Shown one piece after another: positions 17,645 to 26,437 of a stretch of 64,000 nt of DNA. The position numbers and the translations under genes are program-made. Below the pieces are notes generated by a model. The model did not search any database. It saw only the letters and a program-made list of their open reading frames with translations, and was not told the DNA's origin. Numbering within the stretch: the stretch's first letter is position 1; each line of letters begins with the position of its first letter. This DNA is from Candidatus Woesearchaeota archaeon (GTDB lineage: Archaea > Nanobdellota > Nanobdellia > SCGC-AAA011-G17 > UBA489), in contig CAYFOE010000003.1 of the NCBI GenBank assembly GCA_964344635.1, positions 24,389-88,388 on the forward strand. The letters are read 5' to 3'.

Positions 17645-19133
17645 TTTTGTTTAGATTCCTCTGCATATAACTCAACAAGTTATGCATTTTAACCTCCTTT
17701 CTTTTAGCAGTCCACAACATCGCCTCATCAAGAGTTTTTTCAGCAATTAAATTTATTATCTTACCCGGCTTAATTCTTGCAACCCTTCCGGATCTTTGAA
17801 TCTTTCTTATTTCAGAAGCAGTATGATCATAGAATATTGCCAAATCAAGAGACCCTATAGAAATACCCTCCTCCCCTATCGAAGTACAGATCAAAGTGTT
17901 AAACTCATTATTGTTAAACCTTTCAATAGTATCTAGTTGATCCTTCTGAGTGAAACCATCCTTTTGTCCAACCAACATTATAGGTTTGACCGAAGGAATC
18001 TCTTCTAAACCTTCCTTGATCTCCCTTACAGTAGACCGATAATTTGCAAAGATTATAGTCTTAGTTTTCGGATTTTTTTTAGTTTCTTCCCCTATAAGTT
18101 CAAGTAGCTTGTCATATTTAGGATGGTTTTGATTATCCTCAACCAATTCATTTGTCAATTGCACGGACTTTTCTATACCCTTATTATTCAGTAAATTTTT
18201 AGACGCCTTTGAAGTTTCATTCTTTAACTTTTCAAAATACTCCTTAAGTGCAAGAGGAGTTTGAGTTTCAATCAAGCCCAAAGCATGATTTGCCTTAATC
18301 ATTTCTGCAATTTCTGAAACCCCTCGGTAAGCCATATAGTCCCCCTTTTTGATCCGTTGTTGCAAGCTTTGCTGGTACAAGAGCAGATCAGTTTTATTTA
18401 TAGCAGAAGGCGGCTTAGTGAATCCATACTTTCTTAAATTTCCAGCCTTAATCTTATAGAACTGCCTTAACGCACCCTGAATTTTTTGAAACTTAGGAGG
18501 AAGCCGAACCTTGATATTCTCATTTTCCTTAACCTGAATGTGCTCCGATAAATCCTCATCAGTCTCAGTCCTCAACTCAACATTCTCAATAAACAAGTTA
18601 GAACAAACCTCTGAAACTTTTTCCTTAGTAGAACCAGGAGAAGCAGTTAGAGCCAGAATCAATCCATCTTCAGATTGTCGGTTATACTCCTTCGCAACAA
18701 TAGTATTTGCAAACTTTTCCTTAGACCTATGACACTCATCAACCACCAACAATGTAGTATTTTTTAATGAAACTCTTTCATTCTCCAAATCAAACTGAAT
18801 CGTCTGAGGAGTTGCAACTATCACCCTTGAATTCTGAAATATCTTGCTCCGTTCTTCAGGCTTGATGGTTCCAGTCAAAAGATTTATTTCTTCAGAAGGT
18901 ATCGAAGTACACTCTTTTACCTCCTCAGCAATCTGGGATGAAAGAGGTTTCGTAGGAGAAATAATCAAAATCTGCTTACCAGGATATTCATTCAGCCTCT
19001 TGATAAGAAGGCTTATCGCAAGCTTAGTTTTGCCAGTCCCAGTAGGTAGACAAACTAAAGTATTCTTGTTCGAAATCGTATTCAGGATATTTTCCTGATA
19101 TTTTCTTGGTTCGAAACCTTTTATTTGGTACAT
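17628..19133 (-). CDS. hef: Hef helicase part: SF2 DEAH-box helicase
   Basis: Motif I LVCLPTGTGKT. Motif II LLVVDECHRS. Motif III LTASPG. Motif VI QRSGRVAR. It ends where the nuclease ORF begins. Confidence 0.8.
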   Translation of the reverse strand: MYQIKGFEPRKYQENILNTISNKNTLVCLPTGTGKTKLAISLLIKRLNEYPGKQILIISPTKPLSSQIAEEVKECTSIPSEEINLLTGTIKPEERSKIFQNSRVIVATPQTIQFDLENERVSLKNTTLLVVDECHRSKEKFANTIVAKEYNRQSEDGLILALTASPGSTKEKVSEVCSNLFIENVELRTETDEDLSEHIQVKENENIKVRLPPKFQKIQGALRQFYKIKAGNLRKYGFTKPPSAINKTDLLLYQQSLQQRIKKGDYMAYRGVSEIAEMIKANHALGLIETQTPLALKEYFEKLKNETSKASKNLLNNKGIEKSVQLTNELVEDNQNHPKYDKLLELIGEETKKNPKTKTIIFANYRSTVREIKEGLEEIPSVKPIMLVGQKDGFTQKDQLDTIERFNNNEFNTLICTSIGEEGISIGSLDLAIFYDHTASEIRKIQRSGRVARIKPGKIINLIAEKTLDEAMLWTAKRKEVKMHNLLSYMQRNLNKNEDNR

Positions 19134-19174
19134 CGTGAATAAAAACTTAAAAACCTCTTTAAATTTTTTTTATT

Positions 19175-19450
19175 ATGTTAATTCAATTTTTCGGCATTCT
19201 AGATTTGAGCATTGCAATCCTACTGATCATGGCCAGATTTGGCTTCGAAGGACCACTAGTTAGCTTATTTGTAACCCTACTCATGATCAAATCCCTGGCA
19301 TTTTTTGGAGGCCTTCTGAGTGTATTAGACATTTTAGGAGGACTTTACCTGATTTCTATAGTAACCGGATTATTACCTATTTATCCATTTATTGTTTGGA
19401 CCTTTGTAGTATGGTTTTTGCAAAAAGGCATTTTTAGCTTCTTACACTAA
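19175..19450 (+). CDS. small hydrophobic membrane protein (3 TM)
   Basis: 91 aa, almost entirely hydrophobic helices. Confidence 0.35.
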   Translation: MLIQFFGILDLSIAILLIMARFGFEGPLVSLFVTLLMIKSLAFFGGLLSVLDILGGLYLISIVTGLLPIYPFIVWTFVVWFLQKGIFSFLH

Positions 19451-20190
19451 AGAATAAAAGTTTTCACATAATAAACAAACATGAAAACTAGTGAAGCAAG
19501 AATACTGATTAGCAAAGAACTTCCAATATCCAAGGCCTGTGAAATAAAATATGAAAAAACTATGAACGCCATAGAAAATGCATAAAGCGGCGGCGAACCA
19601 ATATACGCATGCATTCCATTTAGTCTAGGAAGCGGAAGCATTGTACAAAAAGCAATCGAGAACGTAATCATTGCAAGCTTTGAAAATTCAGGAGTCTGAA
19701 ACCCAGACAATAAAATTCCAGTTATTGCCAAAGTAAGTGGTCCAATCAACGCAACCAAACCTAACTCTCTCTCAGTAGGTCTTTCAAATTTCTTAGAAAT
19801 CCTTGAATGCTTTGTATGTGCAAATGTTGGAGAAATTATAACTGAAAAAAACAATTTACCCATACTAACCAGAGTGGTAAAAGCAGGCAGTATTAACCAG
19901 AGAGGAATTCCATCCCCCTTCGAAACTGCATCCCTTGTAAGCCCATGCCTCTTTGCAGTCCAAAGTCCAAAGTTCACAAAAATACCCTTAGATTTAGCAT
20001 AGGCCTTAGTAGACCTGATGAACAAAGAAAGAATCACCAAAGACGAAATTATTTGGACAAACAAATTCTTAGCCCAATCCAGTTTAATAAATGTCTGAGA
20101 ACCATCATCAAAACCAAAAGATAAACCTAAAACCAACGAAGCAATGACCAGAACTTTTAGTTCAGCTAAATTATATTTTGTCTTATCCAT
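19447..20190 (-). CDS. polytopic membrane protein, function unknown
   Basis: Six or more hydrophobic helices. No HExxH or other catalytic motif seen. Confidence 0.4.
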   Translation of the reverse strand: MDKTKYNLAELKVLVIASLVLGLSFGFDDGSQTFIKLDWAKNLFVQIISSLVILSLFIRSTKAYAKSKGIFVNFGLWTAKRHGLTRDAVSKGDGIPLWLILPAFTTLVSMGKLFFSVIISPTFAHTKHSRISKKFERPTERELGLVALIGPLTLAITGILLSGFQTPEFSKLAMITFSIAFCTMLPLPRLNGMHAYIGSPPLYAFSMAFIVFSYFISQALDIGSSLLISILASLVFMFVYYVKTFIL

Positions 20191-20857
20191 TTTTTTTGAG
20201 ATTTGAAATTATTCCCTTAATGTGGCCCGCACCAACAATGACCAACACTTTATCACTAGGATTATCCTCAGAGATTTTATTTAAATTTTTTGACATGAAA
20301 AAATCCCTATCAGTAATCAGACTTTTGTAGATCGAAGGGTAATCTTTCTTCATTTTTTTACTTAAAATTTCAATTTGTTTTTCTGTAGGAACCTTATTGA
20401 AGTTTATTTTAGTAATCTCTTTCTTTGAAAACATTGCTTTGAAAAATTCTGAAACAAACTTTCCTTTTTCCTTCCAAGTTATCCTAGAAGATATATTTTT
20501 TAGGGTGACCCTTATTGGCTGATCTATTAGTGCGATAGGAATCTTTTCCTTTTTAGATAATCTAATCGCAGTCCTCATCTCCGAACCCGGAGCAACACCC
20601 GTTAATTTTCCAATCTTAGCCTCCACAAATGCCCCTAAGAGTCCAAATAAGTAGCCTTTGAACCCAATACTCTTAATAGATTTTATCGAAGGTTTCCCTC
20701 TTTTTTTCCGAGTCATCGCAACAAACCTTTCCCTATCAAGCTCAATTGCAACAACCTTCGGTTCTTCTTTTAAGATAAGTTTTTTAACAGAATCCACACT
20801 CTCCTTTGACACATGGGACGTCCCAAGGAATACAAGGTTTTTATATCTTTTAACCAT
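20183..20857 (-). CDS. TraB/PrgY (GumN) family protein
   Basis: N-terminal LVFLGTSHVSKESV...VAIELDRERF and C-terminal VIVGAGHIKG are the conserved blocks of the TraB family. Confidence 0.6.
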   Translation of the reverse strand: MVKRYKNLVFLGTSHVSKESVDSVKKLILKEEPKVVAIELDRERFVAMTRKKRGKPSIKSIKSIGFKGYLFGLLGAFVEAKIGKLTGVAPGSEMRTAIRLSKKEKIPIALIDQPIRVTLKNISSRITWKEKGKFVSEFFKAMFSKKEITKINFNKVPTEKQIEILSKKMKKDYPSIYKSLITDRDFFMSKNLNKISEDNPSDKVLVIVGAGHIKGIISNLKKNG

Positions 20858-20925
20858 TATATCTCAATGCACGGAAACTTTTATAAAGATTAGGCATTCA
20901 ATTAGCATGTTTTGGAGGCTTACAA

Positions 20926-21231
20926 ATGCTTAAACTAAAAAAGATGACTTCTGTTTACGACATGAAAGTTTTTACAGATAGCGGTGATTACTTTGGTGAT
21001 GTTGAAGAAGCAATTGTTACTATGACCAAGATATTTGGTTGGAGAATTAGAGCTACTAGAAATTCCTCTCTCTCGAGAGTTTTAGGTGGCGCAAAAGGAG
21101 TAATTGTTCCACACAGACTTGTAAAAGCTGTGGGAGACATAATGGTGATCAGTAAAACAGCTATCCCCGAATACGGAGAAGTAAACGAAGGAGAAACTGT
21201 TGAAGGCGAGGCAATGAATGAAGGAGCTTAG
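20926..21231 (+). CDS. PRC-barrel domain protein
   Basis: VYDMKVFTDSGDYFGDVEEAIV...VPHRLVKAVGDIMVISK. Confidence 0.45.
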   Translation: MLKLKKMTSVYDMKVFTDSGDYFGDVEEAIVTMTKIFGWRIRATRNSSLSRVLGGAKGVIVPHRLVKAVGDIMVISKTAIPEYGEVNEGETVEGEAMNEGA

Positions 21232-21252
21232 CTCTGGATTTGAGGTGATTAA

Positions 21253-21786
21253 TTGACTTCCCCACTATACGGCGCAATCGAATTCATGAAATCCTTCGGG
21301 ATTTTTGACATAGTTCTACCATTCTTACTGGTATTTACAGTAGTATACGGGATTTTTGAGAAGACCAAAGTCTTCGGTGCCGAAGGCGATAAAAAGAATT
21401 TGAATGCAATGGTCGCATTCGTAATCGGATTCTTCGTAGTTGCAGCAACACAAATCGTGGACATCATGCAAGCAGCCCTACCCTACATCATGTTATTACT
21501 CGTTTTAATAATAATGTTCATGGTAGTATTCGGAGCAACACTAGCAGGCGGCGAAATAAATATCTGGGAACACATGGGAAGCTCAAAAATGAAAGGCATT
21601 TTCGCTTTCGGACTATTCATGGCAATCATTGCAATTGTTTTAGGTGCAATTGGAAGTTTACAAGACTTAATCGATTGGATATTCTTGAAATTCACAGGAC
21701 CAGTACTATCAACAATAATCCTATTATTAGTAGTAGGGATCTTCATGTACCTAGTTGTTGGAAAGAGTTCTAGCGGCTCTGATTAA
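21253..21786 (+). CDS. membrane protein, paralog 1 of a tandem triplet
   Basis: N-terminal SFGIFDIVLPFLLVFTVVYGIFEKTKVFGAEGDKKNLNAMVAFVIGFFVV. Five predicted TM helices. Confidence 0.5.
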   Translation: MTSPLYGAIEFMKSFGIFDIVLPFLLVFTVVYGIFEKTKVFGAEGDKKNLNAMVAFVIGFFVVAATQIVDIMQAALPYIMLLLVLIIMFMVVFGATLAGGEINIWEHMGSSKMKGIFAFGLFMAIIAIVLGAIGSLQDLIDWIFLKFTGPVLSTIILLLVVGIFMYLVVGKSSSGSD

Positions 21787-21842
21787 AGATATAAAAAGTA
21801 TTAAAAAGAGTGAGAGCAACAGAATTATGAGGTGCACAATTA

Positions 21843-22400
21843 ATGGACTTTTATGAGCTATTAGGAAATTTTGATCAAATCGGCGGTTTCGATTTACTAC
21901 TACCATTCTTACTTGTATTCACATTAATATTTGCAGTCTTACAAAAAATTAGTTTATTTGGGAAAGATAAACATAACATAGATATGATCGTAGCATTAGT
22001 AATGTCTATTTTCTTCCTGAATAATACCTATTTGATATTTATCTTACAGAAATTTTTACCTAGTGTTTCACTCATCTTGATAGTCGTTTTGATGTTTCTA
22101 TTGGTATTTGGATTATTTGGAAAGAAAACTGAATTCAAAGAGCATATGAGGGGCTGGGCATTTCTCTTCTCATTAGTGGCCATTCTTTTTGCATTATTTT
22201 CAGATCTATTTGTTCCGGGAGGAATGTATCCCGGATACGGAGTTGGAGGATTCTTAGACGGACTGTTTGGACCAGGAAACACTGCAATGGTGTGGGCATT
22301 AGTATTCATTGTAATATTTATGATGTGGATAAAGCCTAAGGATAAAGAAGAAGATATTACCTTCTCAAAAATTTTGAAGAATATCGGGAAAAATACCTAA
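21843..22400 (+). CDS. membrane protein, paralog 2 of tandem triplet
   Basis: IGGFDLLLPFLLVFTLIFAVLQKISLFGKDKHNIDMIVALVMSIFFL. Same block order as neighbours. Confidence 0.5.
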   Translation: MDFYELLGNFDQIGGFDLLLPFLLVFTLIFAVLQKISLFGKDKHNIDMIVALVMSIFFLNNTYLIFILQKFLPSVSLILIVVLMFLLVFGLFGKKTEFKEHMRGWAFLFSLVAILFALFSDLFVPGGMYPGYGVGGFLDGLFGPGNTAMVWALVFIVIFMMWIKPKDKEEDITFSKILKNIGKNT

Positions 22401-22407
22401 TTAGAAG

Positions 22408-22923
22408 ATGGCAACTTTATTGGAAGCAAGCGGACTAGGAAACATGATGGCAATGATCTTCGTATTTCTACTTGTATTCGTAGTTACATTTGCACTATTA
22501 AAAAAAATAAACTTCTTCGGAAAAGATGGCTTTGACGCACTAATCGCATTCGTGATTGCAATATTCACAGTAATGATACCAGAAACAACAGTCGTGATAG
22601 GCAACTTCCTGCCATGGTTCTTTGTATTCCTATTACTAGCATTAGTAATCATGATGTTCTTCATGATGATGGGCGTAAAAGGAGAAACAATCGCAGACCT
22701 AACCAAAACACCAATAGTCCAAACAATAGGAATCGGAGCAATCGTAATAATATTCTTAATCTCAATGACCCAAGCATTCGGACCATTCCTAATGGTCGAC
22801 CCAATGGCAACCGGATTCTGGGCAACAACCAAAAGACTAATCTTCAAAAGAGAATTCTTAGGAGTATTATTATTGCTGTTCATAGGAGCATACGCAATAA
22901 TGTACCTATCAAGTCAAGATTAA
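22408..22923 (+). CDS. membrane protein, paralog 3 of tandem triplet
   Basis: LGNMMAMIFVFLLVFVVTFALLKKINFFGKDGFDALIAFVIAIFTV. Confidence 0.5.
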   Translation: MATLLEASGLGNMMAMIFVFLLVFVVTFALLKKINFFGKDGFDALIAFVIAIFTVMIPETTVVIGNFLPWFFVFLLLALVIMMFFMMMGVKGETIADLTKTPIVQTIGIGAIVIIFLISMTQAFGPFLMVDPMATGFWATTKRLIFKREFLGVLLLLFIGAYAIMYLSSQD

Positions 22924-22928
22924 AAAAT

Positions 22929-23645
22929 TTAATCTTTCAAATTTTTAACAATACCCTGTAATTCTTTTACATTGCTTGTCAAAGGATTAATTATATTAGA
23001 AAGTAATTTACCCAGCGCCTTTATTTCAACACCCACTTCACCAACAGATTGATCATACTCCCTAACCTTACCAATTACCGAATTTTGTAAATTTTCGAAC
23101 CTATTTTCAACCCTCATAACCTCTTGCTTAATTGCATCAAGATCATTGTTTATCTTTTCCTTCCAAGACATAATATCTCCAAGATCTTCTGTTAATTTTT
23201 GCCACTTTTCATTAATTATCGATTCTGCAATCTCTTCAATGTCTTCAGAAGTAGCACCCAAACTTGTAGAATTAAAATTCATAGGCTGGCTTTCCGGCCA
23301 TGCCTGAGGCTGATAAGTGCCCTCAAAAGATTCAGTAGCCGGAGCAGGACTACTACCTGGCGTCGGAACAGGAATATCTGTCTCCGAGTTTAACTTTTCA
23401 GAATATATCACCGAAGGTTTCATCTCAGAAGGATTTTGTTCCACAGGCTGAGATTCTTGAGCCATCTCCTGTTGAGGCGGTTGCACTTGAGGTTCAACGC
23501 TAGCCTTAGCCTGAGCTTGATTCAAAGCTTCAGAAATCTGTTGGAAAGAATAACCCTGACCTTGAAGAGTCTGAATTATTTCAGTATTAGATTTACCCTC
23601 TGCTTGAAGTTCAATCGCTTTTTTCGTTGGAGTTTCTTCTGGCAA
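22929..23645 (-). CDS. coiled-coil protein with small N-terminal helical domain and Pro/Gln-rich linker
   Basis: N-terminal AIELQAEGKSNTEIIQTLQGQGYSFQQISEAL. Linker VEPQVQPPQQEMAQESQPVEQ. C-terminal about 110 aa heptad-rich. Divergent from the pilus ATPase gene. Confidence 0.45.
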   Translation of the reverse strand: MPEETPTKKAIELQAEGKSNTEIIQTLQGQGYSFQQISEALNQAQAKASVEPQVQPPQQEMAQESQPVEQNPSEMKPSVIYSEKLNSETDIPVPTPGSSPAPATESFEGTYQPQAWPESQPMNFNSTSLGATSEDIEEIAESIINEKWQKLTEDLGDIMSWKEKINNDLDAIKQEVMRVENRFENLQNSVIGKVREYDQSVGEVGVEIKALGKLLSNIINPLTSNVKELQGIVKNLKD

Positions 23646-24060
23646 CTTTTTTTACCTCTTTCTTATTTGTTGGATTTAGTTCAGATTTAAACCTTTCTAA
23701 TTTTTTATCTAGTTGTTCAGTAGTTACAAGTTCCAAAATATTGATCATATCTATGTATTTTTCTAAAACTTTTAACTGATCTTTTTTTGCAAAGATCTTC
23801 ATCTCCTTAACAACATCCTTCACAACTTCCTGCGTGTGTTCAGTCTTTATCCTAGACTGTTTTGTTTCATTAGATACATTACGAAGCTCTTTCATAATCT
23901 GTTTGTATTCCTCAATCATATTCTGATTGACAACCAACAATCTTTCAGTTAGTACATTATACTTATTTTCTAACGCCCTAATCCTTCCATTAAGATCTAG
24001 AATTAACTGACTAGGATCATTTTGACTAAATTGTTGTTCCGGCACTTTCTTTTTCCCCAA
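23611..24060 (-). CDS. coiled-coil protein (149 aa)
   Basis: Almost entirely heptad-repeat sequence. Overlaps the preceding gene end by 35 nt. Confidence 0.4.
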   Translation of the reverse strand: MGKKKVPEQQFSQNDPSQLILDLNGRIRALENKYNVLTERLLVVNQNMIEEYKQIMKELRNVSNETKQSRIKTEHTQEVVKDVVKEMKIFAKKDQLKVLEKYIDMINILELVTTEQLDKKLERFKSELNPTNKKEVKKVARRNSNEKSD

Positions 24061-24107
24061 CCTATTTAAGTTTAGGGCTATTTAAATACTTTTTCAGGAG
24101 AAATAGG

Positions 24108-24120
24108 AGCAATTTATATA
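24108..24120 (+). promoter_or_regulatory. TATA box / promoter of the pilus ATPase operon
   Basis: atttatataaatt lies about 25-35 bp upstream of ATG 24144. Confidence 0.35.
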
Positions 24121-24143
24121 AATTTGACAATAAGGAATACCAT

Positions 24144-26423
24144 ATGGCATTTAGAAAAGAGGGTCCTTATCAAGTAGTTAGAGAAGGTAATGAAGAAGTT
24201 TTGAGAGTAAACGCAATTTCTTGGAGCTATATCCCCTCAATTGAAGACATCCCACAAGTTATGTCCGAAGTTATAGACCACTTAGTTTCCTCTCCAGGCA
24301 TTAGGAGAATTGAATTCAACCAAAGAAAAAGATTTGCCTATTTTTATGACCAGACTCAAATGCTTTTAGAAATTGCAGGAATCTATTCTCACCTGATCAA
24401 AAACAAAAAAGCACTAAGTGTTTCAAGATGGGGCTTCGATGAAAAAAGTGCTAGATTCTTTGGAGGAAAACTAGGAGAATTACAACACTTAATCATGAAT
24501 CTCCTGAAGAGTGATCCAATTGGTGCATATGTTGAAACACTAAGAATAATCAGAGAAGAAAGAATCCTATTACAAAGAGACAAAGACGAAAAAATTGCAA
24601 GTGCTAGAACAAGTTACATTAAATTATTGGCAGAAATGGCAGACCTCCTAGGGAAAACCAAACTAATCCAACTAGCTGGCGACAGAATAGCAGGACACCA
24701 TGTAGGCGACAGAAAACTTTACAGGGATTACTTCCGTGCAACAATCACCCCAGATTTTATGTACACCAGACTAAAATCTAATCCGCCCCTGAAAGGAGAA
24801 GAGTTAGACTTCTACCAAGTAGGTTCAAATGAAGTTTCAATCTTTAGAATGCCTAACGACATCAAAAACTATTATCACTCCGTTCCCGTAGAATTCAAAT
24901 TAAGAGAAGACGAATATGAACTATTAGACCTTGCAAAAAACGTACTCGCAGGACATAAACCAAGAAATGAAGAATTTTTAGATCCCGAAAGAATGAGAAC
25001 AACATTCTTCAACATAGGAAAAGACCTATTGGACGAACTTGCAAAAAACAAAGGATACAATATCCCCTACGCAAGAATCTGCGACCTCGCCAGCATCCTA
25101 GTAAGATACACAGTAGGTTTTGGATTAATTGAAATATTACTAGCAGACAAAAAAGTACAAGACATTACAATAAACAGTCCCATCGGAAAATCACCAGTAT
25201 TTTTAGTACACCAAGATTACGGAGACTGCTACACCAACATCATGCCAAGTTTTGATGATGCACAAAGCTGGGCAACCAAATTTAGATTAATCAGTGGAAG
25301 ACCCTTAGACGAAGCAAATTCAGTTTTAGACACCGAACTAAATATTCCTGGAGGACGAAGCAGAGTAGCAATCATGACCAAACCCCTAAGTCCACAAGGG
25401 TTAGCCTTCGCATTCAGAAGACACAGAGATAGGCCATGGACACTACCATTATTCATTGAAAACAGAATGATCAGCCCACTAGGTGCAGGACTAGTTAGCT
25501 TCATGATCGACGGCGCTAGAACCATGTTAGTTGCAGGAACAAGAAGTAGCGGAAAGACAAGCTTACTTGGAAGCTTCTTAGTCGAAATAATGAGAAAATA
25601 CAGGATTATCACAGTTGAAGATACCTTAGAACTGCCTGTTGATTATATGAGGGGACTAGGATATAATGTTCAAAACATGAAAGTTCGTTCCGCACTAGCA
25701 CAAGGCGGTTCAGAGTTAGGCGCAGATGACGGAATTAGGACAAGCCTAAGACTGGGAGATAGCAGTTTGATCGTCGGAGAAGTAAGAAGTCTAGAAGCAA
25801 AAGCACTCTACGAAGCAATGAGAACCGGAGCACTAGCAAACGTAGTTGCAGGAACAATACACGGTGCAGATCCCTACGGAGTATTTGACAGAGTTGTAAA
25901 TGACCTCGGCGTTCCAAAAACAAGCTTCAAAGCAACAGACGCAATCATTGTCTCAAACCCAGTGAAAAGTGCAGATGGCCTGAGAAGTTGGAAAAGAGTC
26001 CTACAAATCTCAGAAGTCAGAAAACATTGGAATGACGACCCACTCGCAGAAAGAGGCTTTGTTGACTTAATGAAATATGACACTAAGAAAGACGAGTTAG
26101 TGCCCACCGCAGACCTGTTAAACGGAGAAAGTGACGTGATCAAATCCATCGCAGGAAACGTAAGAGAGTGGGTTGGAAACTGGGATGCAGTCTGGGAAAA
26201 TATCTTACTAAGAGCCAAGATAAAACAAACCTTAGTAGAATATTCCAGAAAAGCAAACAATAGAGAAATACTAGAATCCAATTTCGTCGTAGCATCAAAC
26301 GATGCATTCCACAGAGCCATCGAACAAGTTAGGAGAGAAGTCGGCGGCATCGATTCAAAGAGAGTTTTCTTTGAATGGGACGATTGGACAAGAAAGGCAA
26401 TAAAAAACCTTAAGAAAAAATAA
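24144..26423 (+). CDS. type II/IV secretion system ATPase (archaeal FlaI/PilB/GspE family) with about 300-aa N-terminal extension
   Basis: Walker A VAGTRSSGKTSLLGS. Walker B or Asp box IITVEDTLEL. His box VAGTIHGAD. 759 aa total. Confidence 0.85.
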   Translation: MAFRKEGPYQVVREGNEEVLRVNAISWSYIPSIEDIPQVMSEVIDHLVSSPGIRRIEFNQRKRFAYFYDQTQMLLEIAGIYSHLIKNKKALSVSRWGFDEKSARFFGGKLGELQHLIMNLLKSDPIGAYVETLRIIREERILLQRDKDEKIASARTSYIKLLAEMADLLGKTKLIQLAGDRIAGHHVGDRKLYRDYFRATITPDFMYTRLKSNPPLKGEELDFYQVGSNEVSIFRMPNDIKNYYHSVPVEFKLREDEYELLDLAKNVLAGHKPRNEEFLDPERMRTTFFNIGKDLLDELAKNKGYNIPYARICDLASILVRYTVGFGLIEILLADKKVQDITINSPIGKSPVFLVHQDYGDCYTNIMPSFDDAQSWATKFRLISGRPLDEANSVLDTELNIPGGRSRVAIMTKPLSPQGLAFAFRRHRDRPWTLPLFIENRMISPLGAGLVSFMIDGARTMLVAGTRSSGKTSLLGSFLVEIMRKYRIITVEDTLELPVDYMRGLGYNVQNMKVRSALAQGGSELGADDGIRTSLRLGDSSLIVGEVRSLEAKALYEAMRTGALANVVAGTIHGADPYGVFDRVVNDLGVPKTSFKATDAIIVSNPVKSADGLRSWKRVLQISEVRKHWNDDPLAERGFVDLMKYDTKKDELVPTADLLNGESDVIKSIAGNVREWVGNWDAVWENILLRAKIKQTLVEYSRKANNREILESNFVVASNDAFHRAIEQVRREVGGIDSKRVFFEWDDWTRKAIKNLKKK

Positions 26424-26437
26424 CCTGGTGAAATTAA

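Noticed and set aside
19447-20190. Intramembrane metalloprotease (CPBP/M50) assignment for the polytopic membrane protein
   Set aside because: No HExxH, EExxxR or paired His motifs could be found in the sequence.
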